Assembly (NCBI GenBank): GCA_963734495.1 | Contig: CAVTHK010000013.1 | Span: forward strand, 192,001 to 256,000 | Source: an uncultured Spirochaetota bacterium | Lineage (GTDB): Bacteria; Spirochaetota; Spirochaetia; SZUA-6; CAVTHK01 | Reading direction: 5' to 3' | Length of the DNA stretch: 64,000 nucleotides | Shown here: one piece after another, positions 20,054 to 29,036 of the stretch | Position numbering within the stretch: the stretch's first letter is position 1 | How the letters are laid out: every line of letters begins with the position of its first letter | Made by a program: the position numbers and the translations under genes | The notes under the pieces: model-generated | Database searches by the model: none | What the model was told of the DNA's origin: nothing | Seen by the model: the letters and a program-made list of their open reading frames with translations, nothing else

Positions 20054-20962
20054 TCAGTTGAAGCCAGGAATGTCAAGAAAACCGCCGAATACCCACCCGC
20101 CGATGCCGTCGGGTCTGCGGACGGGGTACCACCAATCGTTCATGCCACCTATGTGCTGTTGGAGCTCCGGTCGGCCAACAATCTCTATGGTGTCGCCCTG
20201 ATTGAGGTAACCTACTATCCCGCCGTCAAGGCCAGGCATATTCCGGATCCGTACTTGTGAATCGCTCAGGATTGCCGAGACAGGCCTTGTGGGCCCTTCC
20301 GGAAGACGAGGCCACATTCGCCAACGAATCTCTGTGGTTGCGCGCACCTTGTAGCGTGTCCATGGACTGCCAGTATTGGTGTTCGTGTACTCGATCCTCT
20401 TTACGATCGCGAGGCCGCCGCCGAGGGCGCGGGCGAACCGGTAATCGTTCAGGTCGTCGGGCAAGAGAAGGTCCGTGCGTGTGACTCGACCATCCTTGAT
20501 TTCATACTTTGCGAATCCATATCGGTCGACGAGATTGTCCGACCGCCGTCCGTCCTGGATGGTGACGGCGATGGTGTTGCTGTTCATCCAGGCCCAATCG
20601 CCCTGACGGTTACCACCGCCAATATCCACGCCGGCCGCGACGTCAATGACTGTGAAAACACGGTAGGGAGAGGTCCCTGTATCTGCAAAGAGGTACCGAT
20701 CGTCGGGGGACCAACTGAGGAATCCAACGCCGTAGAAGTACTTGACCGGAACGAACACCTCCGATCCTCCACGATTGAGGTAAATGCCGGTGTGGTCGTT
20801 GTCCACGCCTTTGATGTCAGCGATGATCACTGAGTAGCTACGGCCATCGTTGGAAGAGTATCGCTTGGCATTTCTGACGACGGCAGTTACGTAGGTCGGC
20901 ACCTGAGCGTGGACGGTGACGGACACAGCCAGGAATGACGCGAAAGCAGCGGCGAGCCTCAT
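20054..20962 (-). CDS. Secreted protein with a C-terminal SH3b domain, cassette gene
   Basis: Signal peptide; VRIRNMPG...LNQGDTIEIV...WWYPV...GWVFGGFL. Confidence 0.75.
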   Translation of the reverse strand: MRLAAAFASFLAVSVTVHAQVPTYVTAVVRNAKRYSSNDGRSYSVIIADIKGVDNDHTGIYLNRGGSEVFVPVKYFYGVGFLSWSPDDRYLFADTGTSPYRVFTVIDVAAGVDIGGGNRQGDWAWMNSNTIAVTIQDGRRSDNLVDRYGFAKYEIKDGRVTRTDLLLPDDLNDYRFARALGGGLAIVKRIEYTNTNTGSPWTRYKVRATTEIRWRMWPRLPEGPTRPVSAILSDSQVRIRNMPGLDGGIVGYLNQGDTIEIVGRPELQQHIGGMNDWWYPVRRPDGIGGWVFGGFLDIPGFN

Positions 20963-21104
20963 CCTTGCCTCCCGCGATCAATCACTGCGGATGGTAGTAC
21001 GCATTCGGCTGCGACGCAATGCTTTCCGGAGCACGCGGAGCACGCACTGACGCGCAGAGTCTCAATCGACACCGCCGTTCATCGAAGGAGCTAGTCCCAA
21101 CACG

Positions 21105-21219
21105 GCATAATATAGAGTTCAGTAGAGCCGCCGCATCAAACCGGCCCCATCTGGAATTCCCAATTGCATTTTCCGATCCAGACGACCCTCAAGGCGACTA
21201 CCGCAACGATTAGTTGTGT
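21105..21219 (-). repeat. attC-like site
   Basis: GCATAATATAGAGTTCAGTAGAGCCGCCG...AAGGCGACTACCGCAACGATTAGTTGTGT. Confidence 0.75.
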
Positions 21220-21251
21220 TCAATTGATTGTGATCTGCAACCTTGGGAAAG

Positions 21252-21809
21252 CTATTTCCCTTCATTTGAATAATGGAGAACAACAACCCCTGACTTGAAG
21301 ACCTTCGTGTCAACCAATGTAAGATTGATTCTCTCATTCAGATTATCGAATAGCCGCTTGCCCTTTCCGACAACAATCGGCTGAATTGCGAGCCAGTATT
21401 CGTCGATCAGGCCGCGGCGCATGAATTCCTGGCTAATGCTTATTCCACCTAACGAGATGTTCTTGCCAGGCTGCTGTTTCAACTGAATGACTTCGTCCAC
21501 CATGTTGTCTTTAGCTAATCTAGTATTGTTCCAGGCGGCCTTCTGAAGAGTCCGAGAAAAGACTATCTTTGGAACAGCATTAATCCTGTCAGCGAAATCA
21601 AGCTCACTCTTGGTGGCGTTTGGATCCTGGTGCGCATGGGGCCAGTAGCTTTCCATAAGCTGGTAGGTCACTCGTCCAAAGAGGGCAACGTCTGTGTCGT
21701 CGAGTAGACCACTGAAAAACTCGTGCAGTTCGTCGTCCGCGGCAACGGCCACCGTGTGATCAGCGAAACCATCGAGACTTAGGTTTATTGCTAAGGTCAG
21801 TTTCCTCAT
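21252..21809 (-). CDS. Dihydrofolate reductase-fold (RibD C-terminal) family protein, cassette gene
   Basis: SLDGF, LFGRVTY, KIVFSRTL, GLIDEY, PIVVGKGKRLF, SGVVVLHY. Confidence 0.85.
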   Translation of the reverse strand: MRKLTLAINLSLDGFADHTVAVAADDELHEFFSGLLDDTDVALFGRVTYQLMESYWPHAHQDPNATKSELDFADRINAVPKIVFSRTLQKAAWNNTRLAKDNMVDEVIQLKQQPGKNISLGGISISQEFMRRGLIDEYWLAIQPIVVGKGKRLFDNLNERINLTLVDTKVFKSGVVVLHYSNEGK

Positions 21810-21995
21810 GCACACCTCCAGCATTGGGCCCTACCTTGCAGTTCTTTTCACTGGCGCGGCCAAAAATATGCTCCAGTCCAATCTAAGAAATGCGAGCAAT
21901 CGAGGCAAACTTTGGTGATGTGAAGTTGACTGTCTGATGGCCCGTCTCCTTCTTGAGGCCAAACAAGCGTTGGAAGACGATAGCGTTTCATAGGC

Positions 21996-22102
21996 GCATA
22001 ACATAGAGTTTAGCTGCGCCGCCGCAAGCTCCCGCGCATCCAGTGTATACCAGGCCCGCTGACCGTGCCGGCGTGGCATAAGGCGTCAGCGATTTGGTAG
22101 AC
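21996..22102 (-). repeat. attC-like site with an internal deletion
   Basis: GCATAACATAGAGTTTAGCTGCGCCGCCG...TAAGGCGTCAGC[TCCAAC missing]GATTTGGTAGAC. Confidence 0.75.
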
Positions 22103-22196
22103 AGCCATCGAACACGCGCGTGGCATGTGTGATTGGGGATTGGTTCGGTCAGAGCGCATCCACGTTGGTGTGGCGTGAGTTGGAGCACACGACGCT

Positions 22197-22973
22197 TCAG
22201 CCCCCCTTTCTGGCGTGGATCAAGACGCAGACGTAGGATCGCAGCACTGATCCCCCGCTGTCGTCGATCGTACGTCGGATAACGTCAGCCATCTTGCTCT
22301 GCCGATCGAGCCCGAGGTTCCTGTAATCGGAATACGTTCTGAACAGGCCGATGTACTCCTCGGCAGAGTAGTGTTGCTGCCAGGGGTACTCTCGCAGTTG
22401 GCACGGTTCGAATAGCTTGCAAGCGCGCAATTCGTTCACCCAGCGGTCGATATCGCCCCTCGTTTGGGATTGGGTGATTCTTCCGCCGGTTTCATGCTCG
22501 AGCTTGTCGTTCAGGATAGCGAGCGGGCCTTCAAGAAAAGGGGTGAAGTTGTACAGCAGCGCGAGACTGCCCTTCTGTGACAGCAACCGGACGGTGTTCG
22601 TGAGCCGAACCATCGGGTCTATCCAGTGGAAGGCCTGCGCCGAGAAGACCAAGTCATAGTGGCCGGCGGGCGCCTCGAAAGACTCAAAAGCACCCGCTGA
22701 TATGCTGACAGCCGGCCAACGCCGGCAATTGGCAGCTGCAAGGGCTGCAAGCCGCTCCCCCAGCTCGATAGCGTGGATTCGATAGCCCATAGTCGCCAAG
22801 GGAACCGTTGCCTGCCCTGTTCCGCAGCCGACCTCCAGTAGGAGCGAAGATGGCCCTAACTCGGACAGTGCGACCATGTCACGTAGAGCGGCGGTAGGGT
22901 AACTCGGTCGGTAGGTGTCGTAATCCGCCGCTGCATCGTCGAAGACCACGCGAACGGATCGGTCGAAATCCAA
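22197..22973 (-). CDS. Class I SAM-dependent methyltransferase, cassette gene
   Basis: YDTYRPSYP, LEVGCGTGQAT, AQAFHWID. Confidence 0.88.
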   Translation of the reverse strand: MDFDRSVRVVFDDAAADYDTYRPSYPTAALRDMVALSELGPSSLLLEVGCGTGQATVPLATMGYRIHAIELGERLAALAAANCRRWPAVSISAGAFESFEAPAGHYDLVFSAQAFHWIDPMVRLTNTVRLLSQKGSLALLYNFTPFLEGPLAILNDKLEHETGGRITQSQTRGDIDRWVNELRACKLFEPCQLREYPWQQHYSAEEYIGLFRTYSDYRNLGLDRQSKMADVIRRTIDDSGGSVLRSYVCVLIHARKGG

Positions 22974-23012
22974 GGCTACACCTCTCGAGGCGGGCTGTAA
23001 TTGGCTAGTTTA

Positions 23013-23036
23013 GTCAGCTCTAACGATTTGGACCGC
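23013..23036 (-). repeat. attC remnant (one arm only)
   Basis: GTCAGCTCTAACGATTTG matches the right arm of the other repeats (GTCAGCTCCAACGATTTG). Confidence 0.6.
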
Positions 23037-23094
23037 ACCGGTACTCCACCCGAGCCTCGGCGTGTGTTGCGGGACCTCCCGTTGCTGACTGATC

Positions 23095-23427
23095 CTACTT
23101 GTCCGAACGGCCGGACAGGGTCATCAGTTTCCTCACCTCTGTCGCGCTAGATCCAGCAATCAAGAGAGACCGCACCAGTAGGTCGAGGCTCACGGTCGGG
23201 TCGGCCGCCTCCATCTTCGCCACTCGCGACTGACTGGATCCGACCATTTTCGCGAGCTGGCTTTGCGACATGTTACGTTTCAGCCGCTGCCGGCGCAGTC
23301 TGTCTGCCAGCTCGAGCTTGATTTCGACATAGGCGGCCTCCTGCGGGGACAACTGCAGGAACTCGGCCGTAGTGCCTACTCTCCAGCCCTTGGAGGCAAG
23401 TCGTTTCTTCTTGCTCTCACGCATCAT
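23095..23427 (-). CDS. XRE/HTH antitoxin (HigA-like)
   Basis: MSQSQLAKMVGSSQSRVAKME HTH; overlaps the toxin stop. Confidence 0.85.
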   Translation of the reverse strand: MMRESKKKRLASKGWRVGTTAEFLQLSPQEAAYVEIKLELADRLRRQRLKRNMSQSQLAKMVGSSQSRVAKMEAADPTVSLDLLVRSLLIAGSSATEVRKLMTLSGRSDK

Positions 23428-23740
23428 CGTACTCCCGAAAGCGTTTCCGGCACGTTTCCATGATCGCTGCGGGGATAGCCTGGGTCTTCTTGCTGAACAC
23501 CTCGGCTATGACTATTGCGTCCCGGTCGATCCGATAGACGATTCGCCACGCCCCGCCGGTATCCCGTATGCGCAATTCGTAACACCGCGGCCCCAGTGTA
23601 GGCAGAGGTCTGGAAAACGGCATGCTGAGCAGCTCGCCTCGCTGTAGCCGTCGCAAGAGGAACCCCGCCTCCAACCGGCCCTTTTCAGAAAGAGGCGGCG
23701 TCCCCACCTGGCCGTGGAGCCATACCAACGGCTTATCCAA
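23417..23740 (-). CDS. RelE/ParE family toxin (HigB/Gp49-like)
   Basis: DKPLVWLHG, CYELRIRD, WRIVYRID, EVFSKKT; TTG start at 23740 chosen because 23749 overlaps the -10. Confidence 0.85.
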   Translation of the reverse strand: MDKPLVWLHGQVGTPPLSEKGRLEAGFLLRRLQRGELLSMPFSRPLPTLGPRCYELRIRDTGGAWRIVYRIDRDAIVIAEVFSKKTQAIPAAIMETCRKRFREYDDA

Positions 23741-23747
23741 TAGCCAC

Positions 23748-23776
23748 AATGTATGTCAGGCCTGACATATTGTCAA
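23748..23776 (-). promoter_or_regulatory. TA operon promoter with a palindromic operator
   Basis: TTGACA, 17 bp, TACATT on the minus strand; perfect 18 bp palindrome TATGTCAGGCCTGACATA (23752-23769) covers the spacer. Confidence 0.8.
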
Positions 23777-23835
23777 GAGGCGTCCAACGGGGGCGCAGAC
23801 GACGCGGCTTCGTACGAACGACCTGATCTTGCGCG

Positions 23836-23949
23836 GTACAACATAGAGTTGAGTCGCGCCGCCGAGTAGCTCCCGCTCCCTCAGTGTACTGCAGCCCGGG
23901 CGGCCGTGCCAGCGACGGTTAAGGCGAAAGCTCCAACGATTTGCTAGGC
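23836..23949 (-). repeat. attC-like site
   Basis: GTACAACATAGAGTTGAGTCGCGCCGCCG...TTAAGGCGAAAGCTCCAACGATTTGCTAGGC. Confidence 0.8.
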
Positions 23950-24050
23950 GCACGAGCCATCACCTGAGCCTTGCTGCAAACAGAGCTTGAATCAGTTGTC
24001 AGGAATGATTGGATTTTCCCCACTTTCTGAGTCGCCCGGTAATCCCCTCA

Positions 24051-24797
24051 TCACCGCGGCATCAGCGCAAACACACCCCAGCCCAGGTATTCACGCGTGT
24101 AAGCGGCGTAGCGCTCGGGTTCCGAGGTCAGTTTGGCTCGAACATCTTTCGCGAACTCGTCGTCGGGATTGGCTTCAAGCCATCGGCGCATGGTGAGCCA
24201 TTTGGCCGCCTCGTATCTGTCCCAGCCGTCTTGGTCAGCCAGAACCATTTCAACGACGTCGTAGCCAAGATGGTCGAAAGACGCGAGAAGTTCAGGAAGC
24301 ACGAGAAAGTCGGAGATTGAGTTGGCAAGACACCCCTTGGCAACATCTTTCGTCGGCGGTAACTGCCGCCAGTAGGGCTCGCCGATGAGGATGATCCCTC
24401 CGGTGCGCAGGCTCCGCGCCAGAAGCTCGATAGTCCCGACGACTCCCCCGGCGATCCAAGTCGCACCGACACAGGCTGCCACACTGACCTTCTCGTCAGA
24501 GACATAGCCGGCAGCATCGCCATGGATGAACTTGACTTGATCGGCGACGCCGAGTTCTTTAGCACGGAGCTTCGCTTGCTCGGTGAACAACTGGCTCATG
24601 TCGACGCCGATGCCGATCACGCCGTGATCGCGTGCCCAGGTGCACAGCATCTCCCCCGAACCGCTGCCGAGGTCGAGCACTCGGGCCCCCGATTCCAGAC
24701 GCAGCGCCGCGCCGAGAGTGGCGAGCTTTTCGGGTGTGATCGGGTTGTGGATGCGGTGAGCACTCTCAGTGATGTTGAATATCCGTGGAATATCCAA
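24051..24797 (-). CDS. yjhP: SAM-dependent methyltransferase, YjhP-like, cassette gene
   Basis: MDIPRIF...HRIHNP...LDLGSGSGEMLCTWARDHG...WDRYEAAKWLTMRRWLEANPDD, recalled as closely resembling E. coli YjhP. Confidence 0.8.
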   Translation of the reverse strand: MDIPRIFNITESAHRIHNPITPEKLATLGAALRLESGARVLDLGSGSGEMLCTWARDHGVIGIGVDMSQLFTEQAKLRAKELGVADQVKFIHGDAAGYVSDEKVSVAACVGATWIAGGVVGTIELLARSLRTGGIILIGEPYWRQLPPTKDVAKGCLANSISDFLVLPELLASFDHLGYDVVEMVLADQDGWDRYEAAKWLTMRRWLEANPDDEFAKDVRAKLTSEPERYAAYTREYLGWGVFALMPR

Positions 24798-24837
24798 TGC
24801 AGAAGATCTCCCTTTGGGTGTGAATAGATTCAGTTGC

Positions 24838-24951
24838 GCCTAACATAGAGTTGATAGCGCCGCCGAGTACCTACCCAGCTCACAGTATAGTCGAGCCTCA
24901 CCGACCGTGCCAGTCGGCCTCTTAGGCGTCTACTCCAACGATTCGTTGGAC
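24838..24951 (-). repeat. attC site (canonical)
   Basis: Minus strand GTCCAAC-GAATC-GTTGGAGT ... AACTCTAT-GTTAGGC fits RYYYAAC...GTTRRRY; 114 bp; starts 13 nt after the antitoxin stop. Confidence 0.88.
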
Positions 24952-24964
24952 AGCGCGTTCGCGG

Positions 24965-25255
24965 CTACCCGCTCGACCGCCTGGAGCTTTCGGGTTCTGC
25001 CCGAGCGCGCCTCCAGAACTCCTCGTGTGTTTCGCCGCGTCCCGCTATGATGTTCCCGCGCGACCGCTTCAGCAGCGAGCGAAACCGTGGCGACCGAGAT
25101 AGCAGGATACCCTCCAGATCGTCGTCGTCCGCTGGTGCAACAATCACAGCAACCGCTCGCCCCTTGCGGGTTATCACAACGGGCCCGGAAGCCTCCGCCT
25201 CCTGCAAGTAGGCACTGAGTTTGGCCTTTATCTCGGCCAAGGAAGCGACCCTCAT
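24965..25255 (-). CDS. Phd/YefM family antitoxin
   Basis: MRVASLAEIKAKLSAYL...GPVVITRKGRAVAV. Confidence 0.88.
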   Translation of the reverse strand: MRVASLAEIKAKLSAYLQEAEASGPVVITRKGRAVAVIVAPADDDDLEGILLSRSPRFRSLLKRSRGNIIAGRGETHEEFWRRARAEPESSRRSSG

Positions 25256-25578
25256 AGCATGAACTCCTTTCCGCCAAAATAGAGCCGGTTGCCCTCTTTC
25301 ACGCCTATGGCTAGGACCCAAACCTGGCGCCGGTCCACGATGACCTCGTAAAAGACGCGGAAGCGATTCCTCGGGCCACAGCGTAGCTCCCACGTCGCGC
25401 CGAACGGGCCAGGAGAGCGTTCGAGCGGTTTCCGGTTGCGGGTAACCGCCTCCGGCGTGAACGATAGCTGCTCCCCAATCGTGTCGCTGAGCAGGCGAAA
25501 ATGAGAGCGGCCAAGTGCACGGACATGCTCATGCACCTCGGGTGCATACAGTAACGCGTACTTCTGCCTGCTAGCCAC
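25252..25578 (-). CDS. RelE/ParE family toxin
   Basis: TRNRKPL, WELRCG, FRVFYEV, LAIGVKEGNRL; stop overlaps the antitoxin start. Confidence 0.82.
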   Translation of the reverse strand: MASRQKYALLYAPEVHEHVRALGRSHFRLLSDTIGEQLSFTPEAVTRNRKPLERSPGPFGATWELRCGPRNRFRVFYEVIVDRRQVWVLAIGVKEGNRLYFGGKEFML

Positions 25579-25586
25579 AGACCATA

Positions 25587-25614
25587 ATTATAGTCATCTC
25601 GCCGCAAAGGTCAA
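25587..25614 (-). promoter_or_regulatory. Promoter of the RelE-Phd cassette
   Basis: TTGACC, 16 bp, TATAAT on the minus strand, 8 nt before GTG. Confidence 0.7.
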
Positions 25615-25757
25615 GCGGCGGGAACTACGATTGGTCCCGGAAGGCCGCAGGAAGCGCGCCACGGCTGCCGAGCCGCAGCCGTCGTGCGTCCGCCCGAACG
25701 TGAAGGCGGCCGGTTATCGATGTGTCATTGGCGAATTGGGCGCGATCTAGTTTCAAA

Positions 25758-25799
25758 GCGCTGTCCGACAATCATATTCTGCAGTTTTGTGCCTGGCAA
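25758..25799 (-). promoter_or_regulatory. Candidate array promoter (Pc-like) and first-cassette crossover site (attI-like)
   Basis: TTGCCA, 17 bp, TATGAT (25799-25771) followed by GTCGGACAGCGC, complementary (11/12) to the first cassette's end GCGCTGTCCAAC. Confidence 0.55.
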
Positions 25800-25974
25800 G
25801 AATGCGCAATCGCCCGGAGGATCGCTGGTTCGTGTTGAGGCGGCGCGAACTGTCTCTTTGGAGTGTTGGGTGGTTGCTGCAATATCGCCTCAAGCGGTGG
25901 GTTATCGTCGCGTCGCTTGGGCGGGCGAGGCAGGTCGCGCTCGCGGCAACCATAGCGCCCCGCGAGCGCGGCAG

Positions 25975-27513
25975 CTAGCCCGCGTTCCAGAACGGGTGCT
26001 CCTGCCCGTGCCGGCGGTGCTGCAGCGCCTCCAGCACGTCGTCCTTGCGCAGCGTCTCGCTGCCGGCAAGGTCCGCGATCGTGCGCGCCACCTTGAGCAC
26101 CGAATGGCAGGCGCGCGACGACAGGTGCATGGTGCGCGCGGCCGTCACGAACTTTTCGGACACCTCGTCGTCCAGCTCGCAGTAGCGCGCGATCCGGCCC
26201 GGCGGGATCTCTGCGTTCCAGCGGAAGCCTTCGCCCTGGTAGCGGCGGCCCTGCATCGCCGCGGCGCGCGCCACGCGCTCGCGCACGGCAGCGCTGCCCT
26301 CCCCCGGCTTCCCGATCATCGTGCGCAAGGTCTCCGGCGCGACCGGGACGCGGATGTCGATGCGATCGAGGAGCGCTCCTCCGAGCCGCTTCCAGTAGCA
26401 GCGCACCTCTTCGGTCGAGCAGATGCAGACCTTTTCCGGGAGGCCGAGCTTGCCGCAGGGGCACGCATTAGCGGCGAGGACGAGCTGAAACGCGGCAGGG
26501 TAGCGGATCGAGGCGCCCGCGCGCACGACCGTGACCCAGCCGTCCTCAGCCGGCTCGCGCAGGCTCTGCAGCAGCGCCTGCCGGAACTCGAGGACCTCGT
26601 CGAGAAAGAGCACGCCGCGGTGCGCGAGGGAGACCTCGCCCGGCCGCACGAGGCGGCCCCCGCCGACGATGCCTTCGGCCGACGCGGTGTGGTGAGGCAT
26701 GCGGAAGGGCCTGCGCGTGATCAGCCCGCCCCCCGCGGGCAGCATGCCGGCGAGCGAGTGGATGCGGGTCACCTCGAGGCTCTCGTCACGGTCGAGCGGA
26801 GGCAGCAGCGTCGCAAGGCGGCGGGCGGCCATGGTCTTGCCGCTTCCGGGAGGACCGCAGAGGAACAGGTTGTGCCTGCCGGCCGCGGCGACCTCGAGGG
26901 CGCGCTTGAGGCGGCCGCTGCCGCGGATGTCGGAGAGGTCGCCGTACAGCTCCTCGAGCGGCGGCTCGGGCGCGGGCCGCGGCGGGGCGGCGGCCGCGAG
27001 CGCGCCGCTGCGCAGACCGCGCGCGCCCTCGGCGAGCGACGCGATCCCGCAGACGCGCCCCAGCCCGAGGCACAGCGCCTCCCGCAGATTGGGCGTCGGC
27101 ACGAGGAAGTGCGTGAGGCCGGCCTTGAGCCCGGTCGCAACAGCCGAGAGCACGCCGGTGACCGGCCGCACCTCGCCCGAGAGGTTGAGCTCGCCGAGCA
27201 CCATCACGCGCTCGAGCGCCCCGGGCGGGACCTGCTCGGACGCGGCCAGGACCGCGAAGGCGATCGCGAGGTCGAAGGAGGCCCCTTCCTTTCGGATGCC
27301 GGCGGGCGCGAGGTTCACGAGCACGCGCTCGCGCGGGAACTCGAAGCCGCTGTTGCGGATCGCGACGCGGACGCGCTCGCGCGACTCCTTTACGGCGCAG
27401 TCCGGCAGGCCGACGATGTCGATGCCGGGGACGCCGCGCCGGAGGTCCACCTCGACGCGCACGACCTCCCCGTCGATGCCGACCGGGGCATGGCACGCAA
27501 CCGAAGCGAGCAT
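25975..27513 (-). CDS. comM: YifB/ComM family Mg-chelatase-like AAA ATPase
   Basis: IVGLPD, KESRERV, NLAPAGIRKEG, GPPGSGKTM, RMPHHTAS, PGEVSLAHRGVLFLDE. Confidence 0.93.
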   Translation of the reverse strand: MLASVACHAPVGIDGEVVRVEVDLRRGVPGIDIVGLPDCAVKESRERVRVAIRNSGFEFPRERVLVNLAPAGIRKEGASFDLAIAFAVLAASEQVPPGALERVMVLGELNLSGEVRPVTGVLSAVATGLKAGLTHFLVPTPNLREALCLGLGRVCGIASLAEGARGLRSGALAAAAPPRPAPEPPLEELYGDLSDIRGSGRLKRALEVAAAGRHNLFLCGPPGSGKTMAARRLATLLPPLDRDESLEVTRIHSLAGMLPAGGGLITRRPFRMPHHTASAEGIVGGGRLVRPGEVSLAHRGVLFLDEVLEFRQALLQSLREPAEDGWVTVVRAGASIRYPAAFQLVLAANACPCGKLGLPEKVCICSTEEVRCYWKRLGGALLDRIDIRVPVAPETLRTMIGKPGEGSAAVRERVARAAAMQGRRYQGEGFRWNAEIPPGRIARYCELDDEVSEKFVTAARTMHLSSRACHSVLKVARTIADLAGSETLRKDDVLEALQHRRHGQEHPFWNAG

Positions 27514-27576
27514 CGTGCCCTCCCGAGGGAGGAGTCAACGGGCCCGCGGGTCGCGCTGCCTTGCGAGTCGCGTCGC

Positions 27577-28989
<1,413 letters not shown>

Positions 28990-29036
28990 CTTTTTCTCCT
29001 TGAGAGGCGGGCGCAGCCCGCCGCGCGGCGCCCGGT

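Larger units (their letters stand above)
18307..25800 (-). mobile_element. Integron-type gene cassette array with no integrase in the window (CALIN-like)
   Basis: Lower GC than flanks; unrelated single-gene or TA cassettes on the minus strand separated by related ~110 bp imperfect palindromes with RYYYAAC/GTTRRRY-type ends; left boundary approximate. Confidence 0.85.

Noticed and set aside
21252-21809. dfrA-type trimethoprim resistance cassette
   Set aside because: Motifs (SLDGF, GLIDEY, GKGKRLF) fit the RibD C-terminal/DHFR-like family rather than FolA/DfrA; resistance cannot be inferred
19916-24951. Regularly recurring repeats as a CRISPR array
   Set aside because: Units are about 110 bp, diverged and separated by whole genes; no cas genes are present; the attC layout fits better
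25975-27513. comM disrupted by island insertion
   Set aside because: The ORF is full length (512 aa) with all motifs; the island begins downstream of its stop
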